Positions 1 to 8,944 are shown, counted from the stretch's first letter. The stretch: DNA of 30,367 nucleotides from an uncultured Eubacteriales bacterium (GCA_900320925.1 ONUD01000069.1:1-30367), one strand, 5' to 3'. Notes: generated by a model not told the origin, from the letters alone. Numbers and translations: made by a program.

Positions 1-1865
1 GTACACAAGGCAGGAATCCCCTCCAGTTCGATCATTCTGACTCCCTGCATGAACGGAAAGACATTTTTCATACGGACGCTTGTCATACAAGTGCTGATGT
101 AGTCCGAAAACTTGCCGTACAATTCTTCACGGTCATCAATAATCAGATACTTCACAGAATTGTCTATCAATTCCCGTTCAATGGCGGCGGCTTTTTCCAC
201 CAGTTCCTCATCAGCAGTATCAAACAGTGTTTCATCACTCACATTGCCGTACATAGCCTCCCTGCCAAGCATCAGGTTCTCGCTTTGAAGCAGTGATTTC
301 TCACATTCCGTGAAGTCATAGCCGCCCAGTGTAAACACTTCCACCGTTGTAGGAACATTTCTTTGTATTTTGTTAATGATATCAAAAAAATCAAATCCGT
401 TGATAAAAGAACAGATTCGATAATTGTCAGTGTCAATCCCCGTGGCATGAAACTCCTGCTCCAGCAGGGCAGTTTCTTCTTCATAGCGTGCCGTCATATA
501 GCTGCCAGATATTTTCAGCCGAGATTTTTCCATAAAATCCTTTTCAACAAAATAGCCGTTGACCAGTCCTGTCAGGATCAAAATACTGCAAATCGTATAG
601 ACGGCTTTGATAACACGTTTCTTTTGCACCCGTTTCAGGAAAAAGGCTGTCGGTACCATGCACAGCGGCAAAAAGACGAAATATCCCTTGAACATATACC
701 GTAAATTCCGAAAGACGGGCAGGCAGCTCAGAATCCGTGCAGTCGTTCCTCCCGTCATCATGGAAAAGAAAAAGAAAATTGCTGTCAATACACCAATCAA
801 AAACGCTCGCCTGTCACTCTGATGGAACAGTCCTTTCAGCATCCGTTTGGTTTCCTCATCACTTTGCTTCCTGACAGAGGGGTACCACTTGACGAACCAC
901 TGTATCCCTAAAAACAGCAGTCCGTAACCGCAAAAGGCAAATGCACCCGCATACAGGATAAGGGAAGCATCCCTTTCCTGCAAAGTAGCAGACGATGAAA
1001 ATACCGCCGTAAGCCCCCATTCCTCAAGCAGTTTTTTCGGCAGTAAACTCCCCAAAATCAGTTCCCGCCCTTGAAGGATATTATACGCAATATTATCTTT
1101 CACTTGGCTGTATGTTGCGGAACGGGCAGAAGACTGCATGAGCAGGACAAGCTGCGGCAGGCTCAAAAACACCCCTGTCAGGCAATTGGTCAACCCCTTG
1201 AGCAGATTCTTTTTTTTGCCGAAAATGCCCATGCACAGAACAATCATGGCATACAGGCAATACTGATAAATCGTATACTGCACATTGCCCAGAAGCAGAC
1301 TGAATGCCAGTATCACACCGCAGGCAATGTAGGATAATCGGGATTCTTTCAGCCTGAGAACGGTGTACAAAATCAGCGGAATGATGAAATAATTGTTGAA
1401 AATATAATACCAATAGCCAAACATATAGAATGCCGAACAGGAGGAATATGCCAACACCAACAACACGGATTTGTGTTCCGACAATCCCAGTTCCCTGCCG
1501 ACCAGAAATGCCATGCTATTGCCCAGTACCACCATGAGGATGATATAAAAGGAAATCGTTGCTCCCCAGCTTTTCCAAAATACAAAACGGTACACGATGT
1601 AAGACAGCAGCATCAGAGGATTGTTCAGACCGTAATACCCTTCATCGGCAATTTCCAGTCCCTTGCTCTGGAAAAAATCATAGTTAGGCATGATACCCGT
1701 GGAAAAGAACTGTTCGTATGCCTTGTCCATAATCGGCATCCACTGATTGCGGTTGTCATCGTACAAAAACATTTCGCTGCTGAATCCCGTGATACACAGC
1801 AGGAGCAGTATTGAAAAAACGGCAATGCCCAAAAGCCACAACCACTGTGTACGTCCGTTTTTCAC
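1..1865 (-). CDS. Polytopic membrane protein, GT-C-fold (YfhO-like) glycosyltransferase; 3'-truncated by the window edge
   Basis: Not in the ORF track because it has no stop inside the window. Translated by hand: open frame from GTG at 1865 (GTGA overlap with the upstream stop, GGAGGAGG RBS) to position 1, about 621 codons. Begins MKNGRTQWLWLLGIAVFSILLLCITGFSSEMFLYDDNRNQWMPIMDKAYEQFFSTGIMPNYDFFQSKG...GYYGLNNPLMLL. An acidic DD follows TM1, then many TM helices and a C-terminal soluble domain, as in YfhO/GT-C enzymes. Confidence 0.75.
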   Translation of the reverse strand, partial: MKNGRTQWLWLLGIAVFSILLLLCITGFSSEMFLYDDNRNQWMPIMDKAYEQFFSTGIMPNYDFFQSKGLEIADEGYYGLNNPLMLLSYIVYRFVFWKSWGATISFYIILMVVLGNSMAFLVGRELGLSEHKSVLLVLAYSSCSAFYMFGYWYYIFNNYFIIPLILYTVLRLKESRLSYIACGVILAFSLLLGNVQYTIYQYCLYAMIVLCMGIFGKKKNLLKGLTNCLTGVFLSLPQLVLLMQSSARSATYSQVKDNIAYNILQGRELILGSLLPKKLLEEWGLTAVFSSSATLQERDASLILYAGAFAFCGYGLLFLGIQWFVKWYPSVRKQSDEETKRMLKGLFHQSDRRAFLIGVLTAIFFFFSMMTGGTTARILSCLPVFRNLRYMFKGYFVFLPLCMVPTAFFLKRVQKKRVIKAVYTICSILILTGLVNGYFVEKDFMEKSRLKISGSYMTARYEEETALLEQEFHATGIDTDNYRICSFINGFDFFDIINKIQRNVPTTVEVFTLGGYDFTECEKSLLQSENLMLGREAMYGNVSDETLFDTADEELVEKAAAIERELIDNSVKYLIIDDREELYGKFSDYISTCMTSVRMKNVFPFMQGVRMIELEGIPALC

Positions 1866-2470
1866 TCCAAGAGCCTCCTCCATAAAGCGATATTCCTGTA
1901 TTTGCAGCAGACAGCATCAATTTGGATATGGTTTTCCTTGATAAAACGTGCATACGCAGTGATTTTTTCCTCCTGCCCCTGCAACTCGGGCGATACAATG
2001 CAAATACGATAGTCCATAGAATGCATTTCCTCTGCGGTTTGTCTGTCAAGGGGAAACTGCGTGAAACAGTCGACCCATACCCATTTTGCCCTGCCCTGCA
2101 TATGGCGGACAGTATCCATGCCCTCGTATTCCGAAAACCTGACAGCAATGTTATGTTCTCCCCTGTCCGAGAGCAGTTTCAGCATGGGAAATGTACTGTC
2201 AAGAAAAAAATAATCCTTTATCGGATACCGTTCCAGCAATTCTTTGATTTTCAGTTCGATTCGTTCACTCTTGACATTGATAATCATCGTGCCGCAGTGG
2301 TAGGCTTTCAGGTATTCTTCAAAGTCCTCGCCGTCTTTGAAAGGATCATGCTCCATGTAGAGCCTGCCGCCAAGGTCGTCCCTGACATCCAGTTCTACGC
2401 CGATTTCATCAGGCGTGGCAAGCATATCACTTTTTTTGTTTACTCTATGAGAAATGTATTCAATCATCAT
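1862..2470 (-). CDS. PLC-like/GDPD-family phosphodiesterase (short TIM barrel)
   Basis: Motifs SHRVN, GVELDVRD, HDPF and IINVK match the GDPD-type H-R / E-x-D / H-D / N-x-K pattern. ATGA overlap with the GT2 stop. Confidence 0.7.
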   Translation of the reverse strand: MMIEYISHRVNKKSDMLATPDEIGVELDVRDDLGGRLYMEHDPFKDGEDFEEYLKAYHCGTMIINVKSERIELKIKELLERYPIKDYFFLDSTFPMLKLLSDRGEHNIAVRFSEYEGMDTVRHMQGRAKWVWVDCFTQFPLDRQTAEEMHSMDYRICIVSPELQGQEEKITAYARFIKENHIQIDAVCCKYRNIALWRRLLE

Positions 2471-3165
2471 TTAATCCCTGCCTTTTTCAGTTTTTTAGAG
2501 AAGTCCAGCGTTCTTTTAATAAATTTCATTTTGGAACGGAAGCCCGTATTCCAATGGGACTGTCCGTGGATCCTTTCGGGAAACAGGACATCAAATCGTA
2601 TGATTTCCAGATTCTTCACGTTTGCCATGGACAGGGCATACAAGTCCAGTGCGAAATCATAGGGCGGTTCTTGCCATTCCTCAAAGAAGCTTCTCGGAAA
2701 AATATTCGGCTGTGCATTGATGTCATAGAGCTTCTGGTGGAGCAGGAGTGTTTCATAGACGCCCATGCCAAAGGTGAAAAAACGGTCAGAAAGCGGACGG
2801 TTTTTGCGTCTGCCCTTGATATAGAGGTTCGTCTGCTGTTTTTCACAGAGAATCTCAAAGCCTTTCAGCACATCTTTCGGGTCGGTCTGCATATCCGCAT
2901 GCGTCCAGCCGATATAGTCACTTTTGGCACTTTTCAGCCCTTGCAGGATTCCGTAACCGTAGCCCTGATTTTTCTCCACCGTCACCACCCTTGCGAATGG
3001 GTACTGCGGTACTAATTCGTCCATGACGGCACGGGAATTGTCGGTAGAGCCGTTGTTGACCAGCACCACCTCTACATTCGGTTTCATGCACGCACCAAAC
3101 CGTTCCAGAATCAGCGGAATATTCTCCGCTTCATTGTAGCATGGGATAATAATGGAAAGTGTCAC
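2467..3165 (-). CDS. GT2 glycosyltransferase, DPM1/GtrB-like polyprenyl-phosphate glycosyltransferase without C-terminal TM helices
   Basis: IIIPCYNEAENI, VNNGSTD, NQGYG, HADMQTDP and a C-terminal ERIHGQSHW; 232 aa; GTG start with AAGGA RBS; adjacent to gtrA. Confidence 0.85.
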   Translation of the reverse strand: MTLSIIIPCYNEAENIPLILERFGACMKPNVEVVLVNNGSTDNSRAVMDELVPQYPFARVVTVEKNQGYGYGILQGLKSAKSDYIGWTHADMQTDPKDVLKGFEILCEKQQTNLYIKGRRKNRPLSDRFFTFGMGVYETLLLHQKLYDINAQPNIFPRSFFEEWQEPPYDFALDLYALSMANVKNLEIIRFDVLFPERIHGQSHWNTGFRSKMKFIKRTLDFSKKLKKAGIK

Positions 3166-3218
3166 TGTTATTCGTCCTTTCTATCAGAGTGAAGTGTGAA
3201 GAGTGGAGCAGTAAGTCA

Positions 3219-3611
3219 CTACTGCTTTGCTTTTCTGAAAACAAAGAATTTCTGCCCGAAGAAGTTCAGGACAGTACTCACACCGGTTGCACACAAAAAG
3301 CCAAGAAGCTGTATATTGATGAAGTACAGCACCGCAGAATTGACAGCGGTATTGATGAGAGCCGTGCAGGCATACAGGATGGCATACTTGATGATTTCCG
3401 TAAAAGAAAATCGTTTGGCTTCAAATGTCCATAATTTATTGATGATAAATCCGACAATGGAACCGCAGATGAAAGAAATCGCTTTTGCCACTGCCAGATC
3501 CATGCCGAGGAACTGCAGGAGCCAGTACATCCCTGCATCAGTCAGCACGGCACTGCCGCCCCCGACAAGAAATTTCAGTATCTCTTTGATGTTAAAGTCC
3601 GATCGTTTCAA
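3219..3611 (-). CDS. GtrA-family flippase-like protein (4 TM)
   Basis: ILKFLVGGGSAVLTD...ISFICGSIVGFIINKLWTF...VLNFFGQKFFVF is the classic GtrA pattern. Likely TTG start at 3611 after AGGGGA (the ORF track extends to 3650); overlaps the HAD 3' end. Confidence 0.9.
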   Translation of the reverse strand: MKRSDFNIKEILKFLVGGGSAVLTDAGMYWLLQFLGMDLAVAKAISFICGSIVGFIINKLWTFEAKRFSFTEIIKYAILYACTALINTAVNSAVLYFINIQLLGFLCATGVSTVLNFFGQKFFVFRKAKQ

Positions 3612-4275
3612 AATATCCCCTGATTTCTCTGTAATTTGAACAGCACACACAGTGGTCGGCCGTTTGATTGGAAAGGTAAATCGCTTTCATGCCTGCACGA
3701 GAAGCTCCAACAATATCTCGCTGATAGTCGTCACCAATGTAAACACACTCTGCGGGCAGGACACCCAATTTTTGGAGTGTCATCTGATACATGACAGCAG
3801 ACGGTTTTTCTGCCCCCGCCTCTTCACTGGACACCATGCAATCAATTTTGTGTTCAATACCGAGCCGCAGAATTTTCCGGAACTGGATATGAGCCGTCAT
3901 GTCGGTACAAATGGCGGTGCGGATATTTTTTTGCTTGAGAGAATCCAGCAATGCTCCTGCACCATCGTACAGTTCCATTTTTTCAAGGAAGTGTGTCCAG
4001 TAAGCATCATACATCGGCAGGGCATGACTAAACGGATGGATGTCCAGCAGTTCGGCACATCGCTGACAATACAGGATACGATTATGCCGTGCCGCACAGT
4101 CATAGGGAAGATGGTGTTTGATGTCTTCTCTCGCCTGTGCAAAAGCCTGTGCAAAGCGACTTGCCTCAATTCCCAAAGAACATACATACTCTTTCAGTTT
4201 TTCATAACCGTATTGATGGCACGGGTCATAAGGGTACAGGGTGTTGTCAAGGTCAAATATCACAGCTTTGAGCAT
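3592..4275 (-). CDS. HAD-superfamily (IA) phosphatase
   Basis: Motif I DLDNT, motif II ICTD, motif III EKP and motif IV GDDYQRD are all intact; the start directly abuts the upstream TGA. Confidence 0.9.
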   Translation of the reverse strand: MLKAVIFDLDNTLYPYDPCHQYGYEKLKEYVCSLGIEASRFAQAFAQAREDIKHHLPYDCAARHNRILYCQRCAELLDIHPFSHALPMYDAYWTHFLEKMELYDGAGALLDSLKQKNIRTAICTDMTAHIQFRKILRLGIEHKIDCMVSSEEAGAEKPSAVMYQMTLQKLGVLPAECVYIGDDYQRDIVGASRAGMKAIYLSNQTADHCVCCSNYREIRGYFETIGL

Positions 4276-6342
4276 TCAATTTCCACCTTCCGTAATTTTA
4301 TGGATCACCATCAGGAGAATGATTTGCAGGATACGGTTATGCACACTGCCGCAGTCCGAGAAATCTCCGTACAACTCCTCAAAATCCGTAATGAGATTTT
4401 CGGCAATATGTCGGAAAGGAATGGATTGTTGTGTATTGGTGGTAGAGCCGTCAACAATAATCGTCTGCATATCGGGGTCACTGCAAAAATCAAAATCCGT
4501 CTTGATACCGTACTGTTCCAGAATGGTCAGGAACGGTTCAATGTTGATGGCAGAGCTTAAAGTGATTTTCATGCTGATCTGTTCTTCATGGTCAGCCTCA
4601 AAATCATCGGTCAGTCCGCTGTCATAGTACTCGATAATGAGATTGGCGTAGTCTTTCTGGGGCAGGATATATTTGACAAAATCTCCTCGTCTTTGTTCGA
4701 TTTGTCGGCGGATACCGTCCATCGAATAGCCCCGCTTGCCAATATCCCGCCGGCACTTCCAGAATACCCGCAGTCTGTCATCGGTATGGAGGAAGATTTT
4801 TAAATCGAGATTTTTCCGCATTTGCGGCAGATACAGAGAATGCAGACCGGAAATGACAATAAACCGTTCGGGTTTGATAGTATGGCTGGGCGTAAAGGTA
4901 CCCGTATTATGGTCATAGTCCACACGCTGGACATTTTCGCCGTTTCTCAGCGTGGCAATATCATGTGCCTGCCGATAGAGGAAATTGGCTTTAGGATTGA
5001 GGTGGGTATACTTTTCCCAGTGTTTTTCCCCACGCTCCCATTTGTGGTCGCCGTCACCTTCAATCAGGAGAATATTTTTCTGTCCGAGTGTGGCTGTGAG
5101 AATGTCATTCAAAGAGGATTTGCCTGTACCGCTGTCACCGGAAATTCCAATGGTAAAAGGAATCTTCCTGCGTTTGTACAGGGCATTGCTGCTGATACCG
5201 TACTGGTAGATGGCGGCAATCACAAACAGCATAGCGGCAGACATGACCGTAAACACAAGATTGACAACCGTGGCATTGCCGATTTTCAGGAAATCCAGGG
5301 AGTATCCCATAAAGTAAATATCCACATAGTTGGCACGGTGGCAGAAAATGAAGAACAGCAGGTACATGGCATTCATCACATAATACAGTGCCAGCTTGCT
5401 CTTTTTATGCTTCTGCCCGACAAAGATTGCCGATGTGAACGGCACAATCCACACAAACCACCCCGGCATGGGGGAAACGAATATCAGAAAGACGGCAAAT
5501 AAAATGCCGCAGAAGCTGAATGTCAGATCCCGTCCGATTCTTGTCACGGTAAAGATGTGGATATAGATAGCCGCTACCGTGAATACGGCCAGATACAGCT
5601 TTACATCGCCAAAGGACAGGTAGACGTTCATGGCAGAGTTCTGCACCTTGTTCATCAGCACCGTATAGAAAAAGGCTTCTCCCATGAAAGGAGCAATAAT
5701 CGCCGTGGAGAGAGCCAGAAACAGCATGACCAGCAAAATGGTGCGAACCGACTTTTTTCTTCGGAAACAGTAGTAAAACAGCAGCGGTACCACGGCAAGC
5801 ATACTTTGTTTGCTCATGACGGAGAGCGTCAGGAACACCACAAAGCGAATATCAGCATATTTTTGCTGCCCGAAGAGGTAGTACAGTGATACGGTCAGCA
5901 ATCCGACAGGAATGATGTCAAGCTGCCCATGCATATACACGGCATACAGAATAACAGGCGAGCTGTAATATACGTAAGTCAACAGTTTTTTTTGCTGTGG
6001 GAACATTTTCACCAGAAACAACAGTGTCACTCCGTCAAACACCAGCAAAGGCAGTTTAAATAGGACGTTTTGTAAAAAAATACTCCCGAATGACAGGTAT
6101 TTTGACAGTACCCCTCCTGCACTCATGATGAACAGCATCACAGGAGGATACGGGAAGGCATCCGTGATTCCTCTCTCGTAAAACAAATTGTAGGGGTTAA
6201 AATTATCGTTGGTAAATTCCCTGATAAACGGCATGAACAATTCATTCTGGTAATCAGAGGAAAACAGTCCCAATAAAACGATCTTCACCACTGTCAGTGC
6301 AGCGATAAAAATCAGTATTGATCGATTTTTTTTCATATCCAT
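4276..6342 (-). CDS. Fusion: N-terminal GT-C-type (GT87/PIG-M-like) polytopic glycosyltransferase + C-terminal phosphoribulokinase/uridine-kinase family domain
   Basis: The N-terminal ~390 aa are hydrophobic, with SSDY, PYPP, FKLPLLVFD, HGQLDIIP and SVMSKQ motifs. Walker A GDSGTGKS lies at residues 402-409 (nt 5116-5139), followed by THLNPKAN, YDHNTG, GLHSLY, FWKCRRDIGKRG and YILPQKDYA, which parallel the plant/cyanobacterial PRK motifs. Confidence 0.8.
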   Translation of the reverse strand: MDMKKNRSILIFIAALTVVKIVLLGLFSSDYQNELFMPFIREFTNDNFNPYNLFYERGITDAFPYPPVMLFIMSAGGVLSKYLSFGSIFLQNVLFKLPLLVFDGVTLLFLVKMFPQQKKLLTYVYYSSPVILYAVYMHGQLDIIPVGLLTVSLYYLFGQQKYADIRFVVFLTLSVMSKQSMLAVVPLLFYYCFRRKKSVRTILLVMLFLALSTAIIAPFMGEAFFYTVLMNKVQNSAMNVYLSFGDVKLYLAVFTVAAIYIHIFTVTRIGRDLTFSFCGILFAVFLIFVSPMPGWFVWIVPFTSAIFVGQKHKKSKLALYYVMNAMYLLFFIFCHRANYVDIYFMGYSLDFLKIGNATVVNLVFTVMSAAMLFVIAAIYQYGISSNALYKRRKIPFTIGISGDSGTGKSSLNDILTATLGQKNILLIEGDGDHKWERGEKHWEKYTHLNPKANFLYRQAHDIATLRNGENVQRVDYDHNTGTFTPSHTIKPERFIVISGLHSLYLPQMRKNLDLKIFLHTDDRLRVFWKCRRDIGKRGYSMDGIRRQIEQRRGDFVKYILPQKDYANLIIEYYDSGLTDDFEADHEEQISMKITLSSAINIEPFLTILEQYGIKTDFDFCSDPDMQTIIVDGSTTNTQQSIPFRHIAENLITDFEELYGDFSDCGSVHNRILQIILLMVIHKITEGGN

Positions 6343-7908
6343 TTATCCCAAAAAAGCGTCACTTTCGGCAAACTCCCGCCAATACTTCATACAGTTTTCA
6401 TAGTACTCGTATTCTCCCGGTGTTCCCCAGCCGATATATCTTTCTATTTCAAAGACCTTGGTTTTCAGCCCGTTTAAAACAGCATATTTCACCACTTGGT
6501 CAGCATAAAATTCGTTGTTGATACGGTCATTGGCTCGTATCATCTGCTCCGCACAGGATACAAAATCCCGTCCGTGACGGAACCAGAAGGTGGCAACCAC
6601 GGCATGATCCTTCATCGGTGTGTCGGAAATCGGCTTCTTGACCGATACATCCGTCACATTGTCATCCCCGTCCACAGCAATCCAGCCGTACGCATTCGGA
6701 TTGTCCAGCACTCTCGGGTCATGCCGATAGGTAAATACAAGCACCTCGCTTTCCTCCATAACCTTTTGCAATTTCACGGCATTATACACCATCCCGTTGT
6801 CACAGCCGGCAATCAGGAGCGGACGGTCATTGTCAATGAACTGCTTTGCCATTAAACAGGTACTTGCCTGTCCTTCTGTCAGTCTGTCCAGTGTGAGGAA
6901 ACGTGCAAGAGGGAAATTCTCCCGAATGACCGCTTCGGTGCCGTCAGCCTTGTGGAAATCCCTGTCCACGAAAATGACATTGCTGCCGTCCGCTTTCACA
7001 AACGGAACATCGCTGACCGCTTCCACCACCATCGGACGCTTCAAACCATCTCTGTGGCTTGTAGTGGGAATGGCGGGCTTGCTGACAGAATAGCCTGCTT
7101 CGGCAAAACGTTTTCCTTCTCCTGCCATTGGTATCAGTATATTGGTATCCTGCTTCACACAGTCAAGCCAAAATACATACTCTCTCATATCCTCGGGTGT
7201 CCCCCACTGGCAGAACTTCTCCACATTGGCAGGTACCCAGACTTGCAAGCCGTCCCTGACAAGAAAATTATAAATCAGGCTGGCATAAAATTCCCCGTTG
7301 ATGGTCTGATGGCTCTTCATCAGTTCCCGTGCATAGTACTTCATGGTTTTGCCGCTTTTGAAATAGTACACCCCGGGGGAGTGAAGGGCATTGTATTTGT
7401 TTTCTGCAAATGAATACTTTTCCCTGATTTCTATCAGGTTGTCGTTTTCATCCGTCAGACAGGAGGCATATACATTCTGTTTCGGGGCAAGGTTCGGGTG
7501 GAATCCCGTATAGCACGGCACAGCACCGTCACAGTCTCTTTCGACAGCTTGACGGCAAAAAGCGGCATAGTCCCATGTCATGTAAAAATCACAGTAGTTG
7601 ATGATACACGGCTCATCATCCGCAATGACAGACTCTGCACGCAGCACATCTGCCACAGGTCCCTGCTTTGTCCAGTCCCGCACAGCAAAGATCGTTCCCA
7701 TTCTCTCCAGCAAGGGACGCATTTCGGGGATGGTCTGCAAATGCTCTTCCCTGCAAATAAACAGAAATTCATCCTTTTCCGTATACATCCCCTTGACGAT
7801 CCATTCGATCATCGGCTTTCCGTTGACTCTGATAAGGGGTTTCAGTGTTTTGTAGCCTGCTGCCACAAATCTGGAACCATATCCTGTCATAGGAATGATA
7901 ATTTTCAT
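6343..7908 (-). CDS. Tandem (two-domain) sugar-phosphate nucleotidyltransferase, GT-A fold
   Basis: Two NTP-transferase N-terminal motifs (IIIPMTGYGSRFVAAGY..KP and ILIPMAGEGKRFAEAGY..KP), each domain ending in WGTP-x-D/E. ATG at 7908 after AAGGTG (track start GTG 7917). Confidence 0.85.
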   Translation of the reverse strand: MKIIIPMTGYGSRFVAAGYKTLKPLIRVNGKPMIEWIVKGMYTEKDEFLFICREEHLQTIPEMRPLLERMGTIFAVRDWTKQGPVADVLRAESVIADDEPCIINYCDFYMTWDYAAFCRQAVERDCDGAVPCYTGFHPNLAPKQNVYASCLTDENDNLIEIREKYSFAENKYNALHSPGVYYFKSGKTMKYYARELMKSHQTINGEFYASLIYNFLVRDGLQVWVPANVEKFCQWGTPEDMREYVFWLDCVKQDTNILIPMAGEGKRFAEAGYSVSKPAIPTTSHRDGLKRPMVVEAVSDVPFVKADGSNVIFVDRDFHKADGTEAVIRENFPLARFLTLDRLTEGQASTCLMAKQFIDNDRPLLIAGCDNGMVYNAVKLQKVMEESEVLVFTYRHDPRVLDNPNAYGWIAVDGDDNVTDVSVKKPISDTPMKDHAVVATFWFRHGRDFVSCAEQMIRANDRINNEFYADQVVKYAVLNGLKTKVFEIERYIGWGTPGEYEYYENCMKYWREFAESDAFLG

Positions 7909-7918
7909 GTTATTCACC

Positions 7919-8911
7919 TTATTTCATTTGTTTTCTGTATTTTTCGGCATCCCAATTGGTCAGAAAGGACTGTTCCCTGCCGGAGATGGGAAGGATTTCC
8001 CTGCTGCCGGCAGACAGGCTGACTTTGGCACTGAATGACAGGACACTTTCTATATCGACAGCTTTCTTGATGTCGGGTGCAAGGATATAAACTTCCCCTC
8101 CCGCCAATACAACGCTTGGCAGAGGATTCGGCAATTCTATACTATTTGTAATATCCGGAATAGTTTCACCGCCGTATACAATGCAGTCCGGACAGAAATC
8201 ATACTGCCACATCCTGCCCTTTTCCAAAGCCTGACAAATATATTTGTTTTCGGAATGATAGACAATTCCCTGAAAATCAGGGTGCTGCTGCCGGATTCCT
8301 TTATAAATGCAAGAGGTCATTTTGTCAGCCTGTTCCGAAATGCCGAGAGAACGGCTGATTTTGTCAAGCACCGCTTGTGTTTTGTCAAGGACATAGACCG
8401 CACTGTCACCGCTGACAATCATGCCGTGGTTCTGCAAAAAGATTATTTCAGGCGGCTCAGACCTTTCTTTATACGCATTGTATAATTCAATTCCCAGCTG
8501 TAAACCCGGAGTATGATATCCAATCAGGAGTGCCTGAGGGAAGAGTGCCTGCAATTCGTCCATGCCGCCTTTTGTGGAAAGGAGGACATTGGCGGCGACG
8601 GGGTGTGTATGCAGGGTATAGGTTCCTGTAAAGGAGTGCAGGAAGGTTTCAATTGACGGTCTTGCACCGCTGACTAATGCTTTTTGCAGAATATCATTTT
8701 CAGAGCATCCTGTCTGAAGCAGTTCTGTAATGATACGATAATTGACAACAGACATCCCGCTGTTTTCCGTCACCTCGGCAAGCCTGACCCCTGATGATTT
8801 GATATACATGAGGGTGTCGGAAATTTTCACAGAGGTATTGCCGCCCGCTGCCTGGATCCAGTCCGCTCTCATACCCGCAAATACCGACAAATAGGCAAAA
8901 TCTTTTAACAT
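7919..8911 (-). CDS. Class II aldolase/adducin-family metalloenzyme (RhaD-bifunctional N-terminal type)
   Basis: AGGNTSVK, IKSSG, RPSIETFLH, LHTHP and LQNHG provide the Zn-binding His triad and the catalytic Glu. Start 8911 is preferred (GGTGA RBS); 8923 is the alternative. Confidence 0.85.
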   Translation of the reverse strand: MLKDFAYLSVFAGMRADWIQAAGGNTSVKISDTLMYIKSSGVRLAEVTENSGMSVVNYRIITELLQTGCSENDILQKALVSGARPSIETFLHSFTGTYTLHTHPVAANVLLSTKGGMDELQALFPQALLIGYHTPGLQLGIELYNAYKERSEPPEIIFLQNHGMIVSGDSAVYVLDKTQAVLDKISRSLGISEQADKMTSCIYKGIRQQHPDFQGIVYHSENKYICQALEKGRMWQYDFCPDCIVYGGETIPDITNSIELPNPLPSVVLAGGEVYILAPDIKKAVDIESVLSFSAKVSLSAGSREILPISGREQSFLTNWDAEKYRKQMK

Positions 8912-8944
8912 CTTCATCACCATTCTGTATAAAATTCATTTTTT

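Noticed and set aside
1373-1585. Apparent frameshift or break in the left-edge membrane gene (short ORFs 1373-1585, 1093-1413, 272-484)
   Set aside because: Codon-by-codon reading shows one continuous frame from 1865 to 1 (…GYWYYIFNNYFIIPL…); the short ORFs are off-frame shadows.
4276-5200. PRK as evidence of Calvin-cycle carbon fixation
   Set aside because: No RuBisCO or other cbb genes in the window; the kinase is fused to a glycosyltransferase inside a glycan operon.
1210-6333. A8/T8 homopolymers in the glycosylation genes (1210-1217, 5986-5993, 6326-6333) as phase-variation tracts
   Set aside because: 8-nt A runs encoding Lys/Asn are common at this composition, all genes are in frame, and there is no poly-G/C tract. 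Read-level length variation would be needed.
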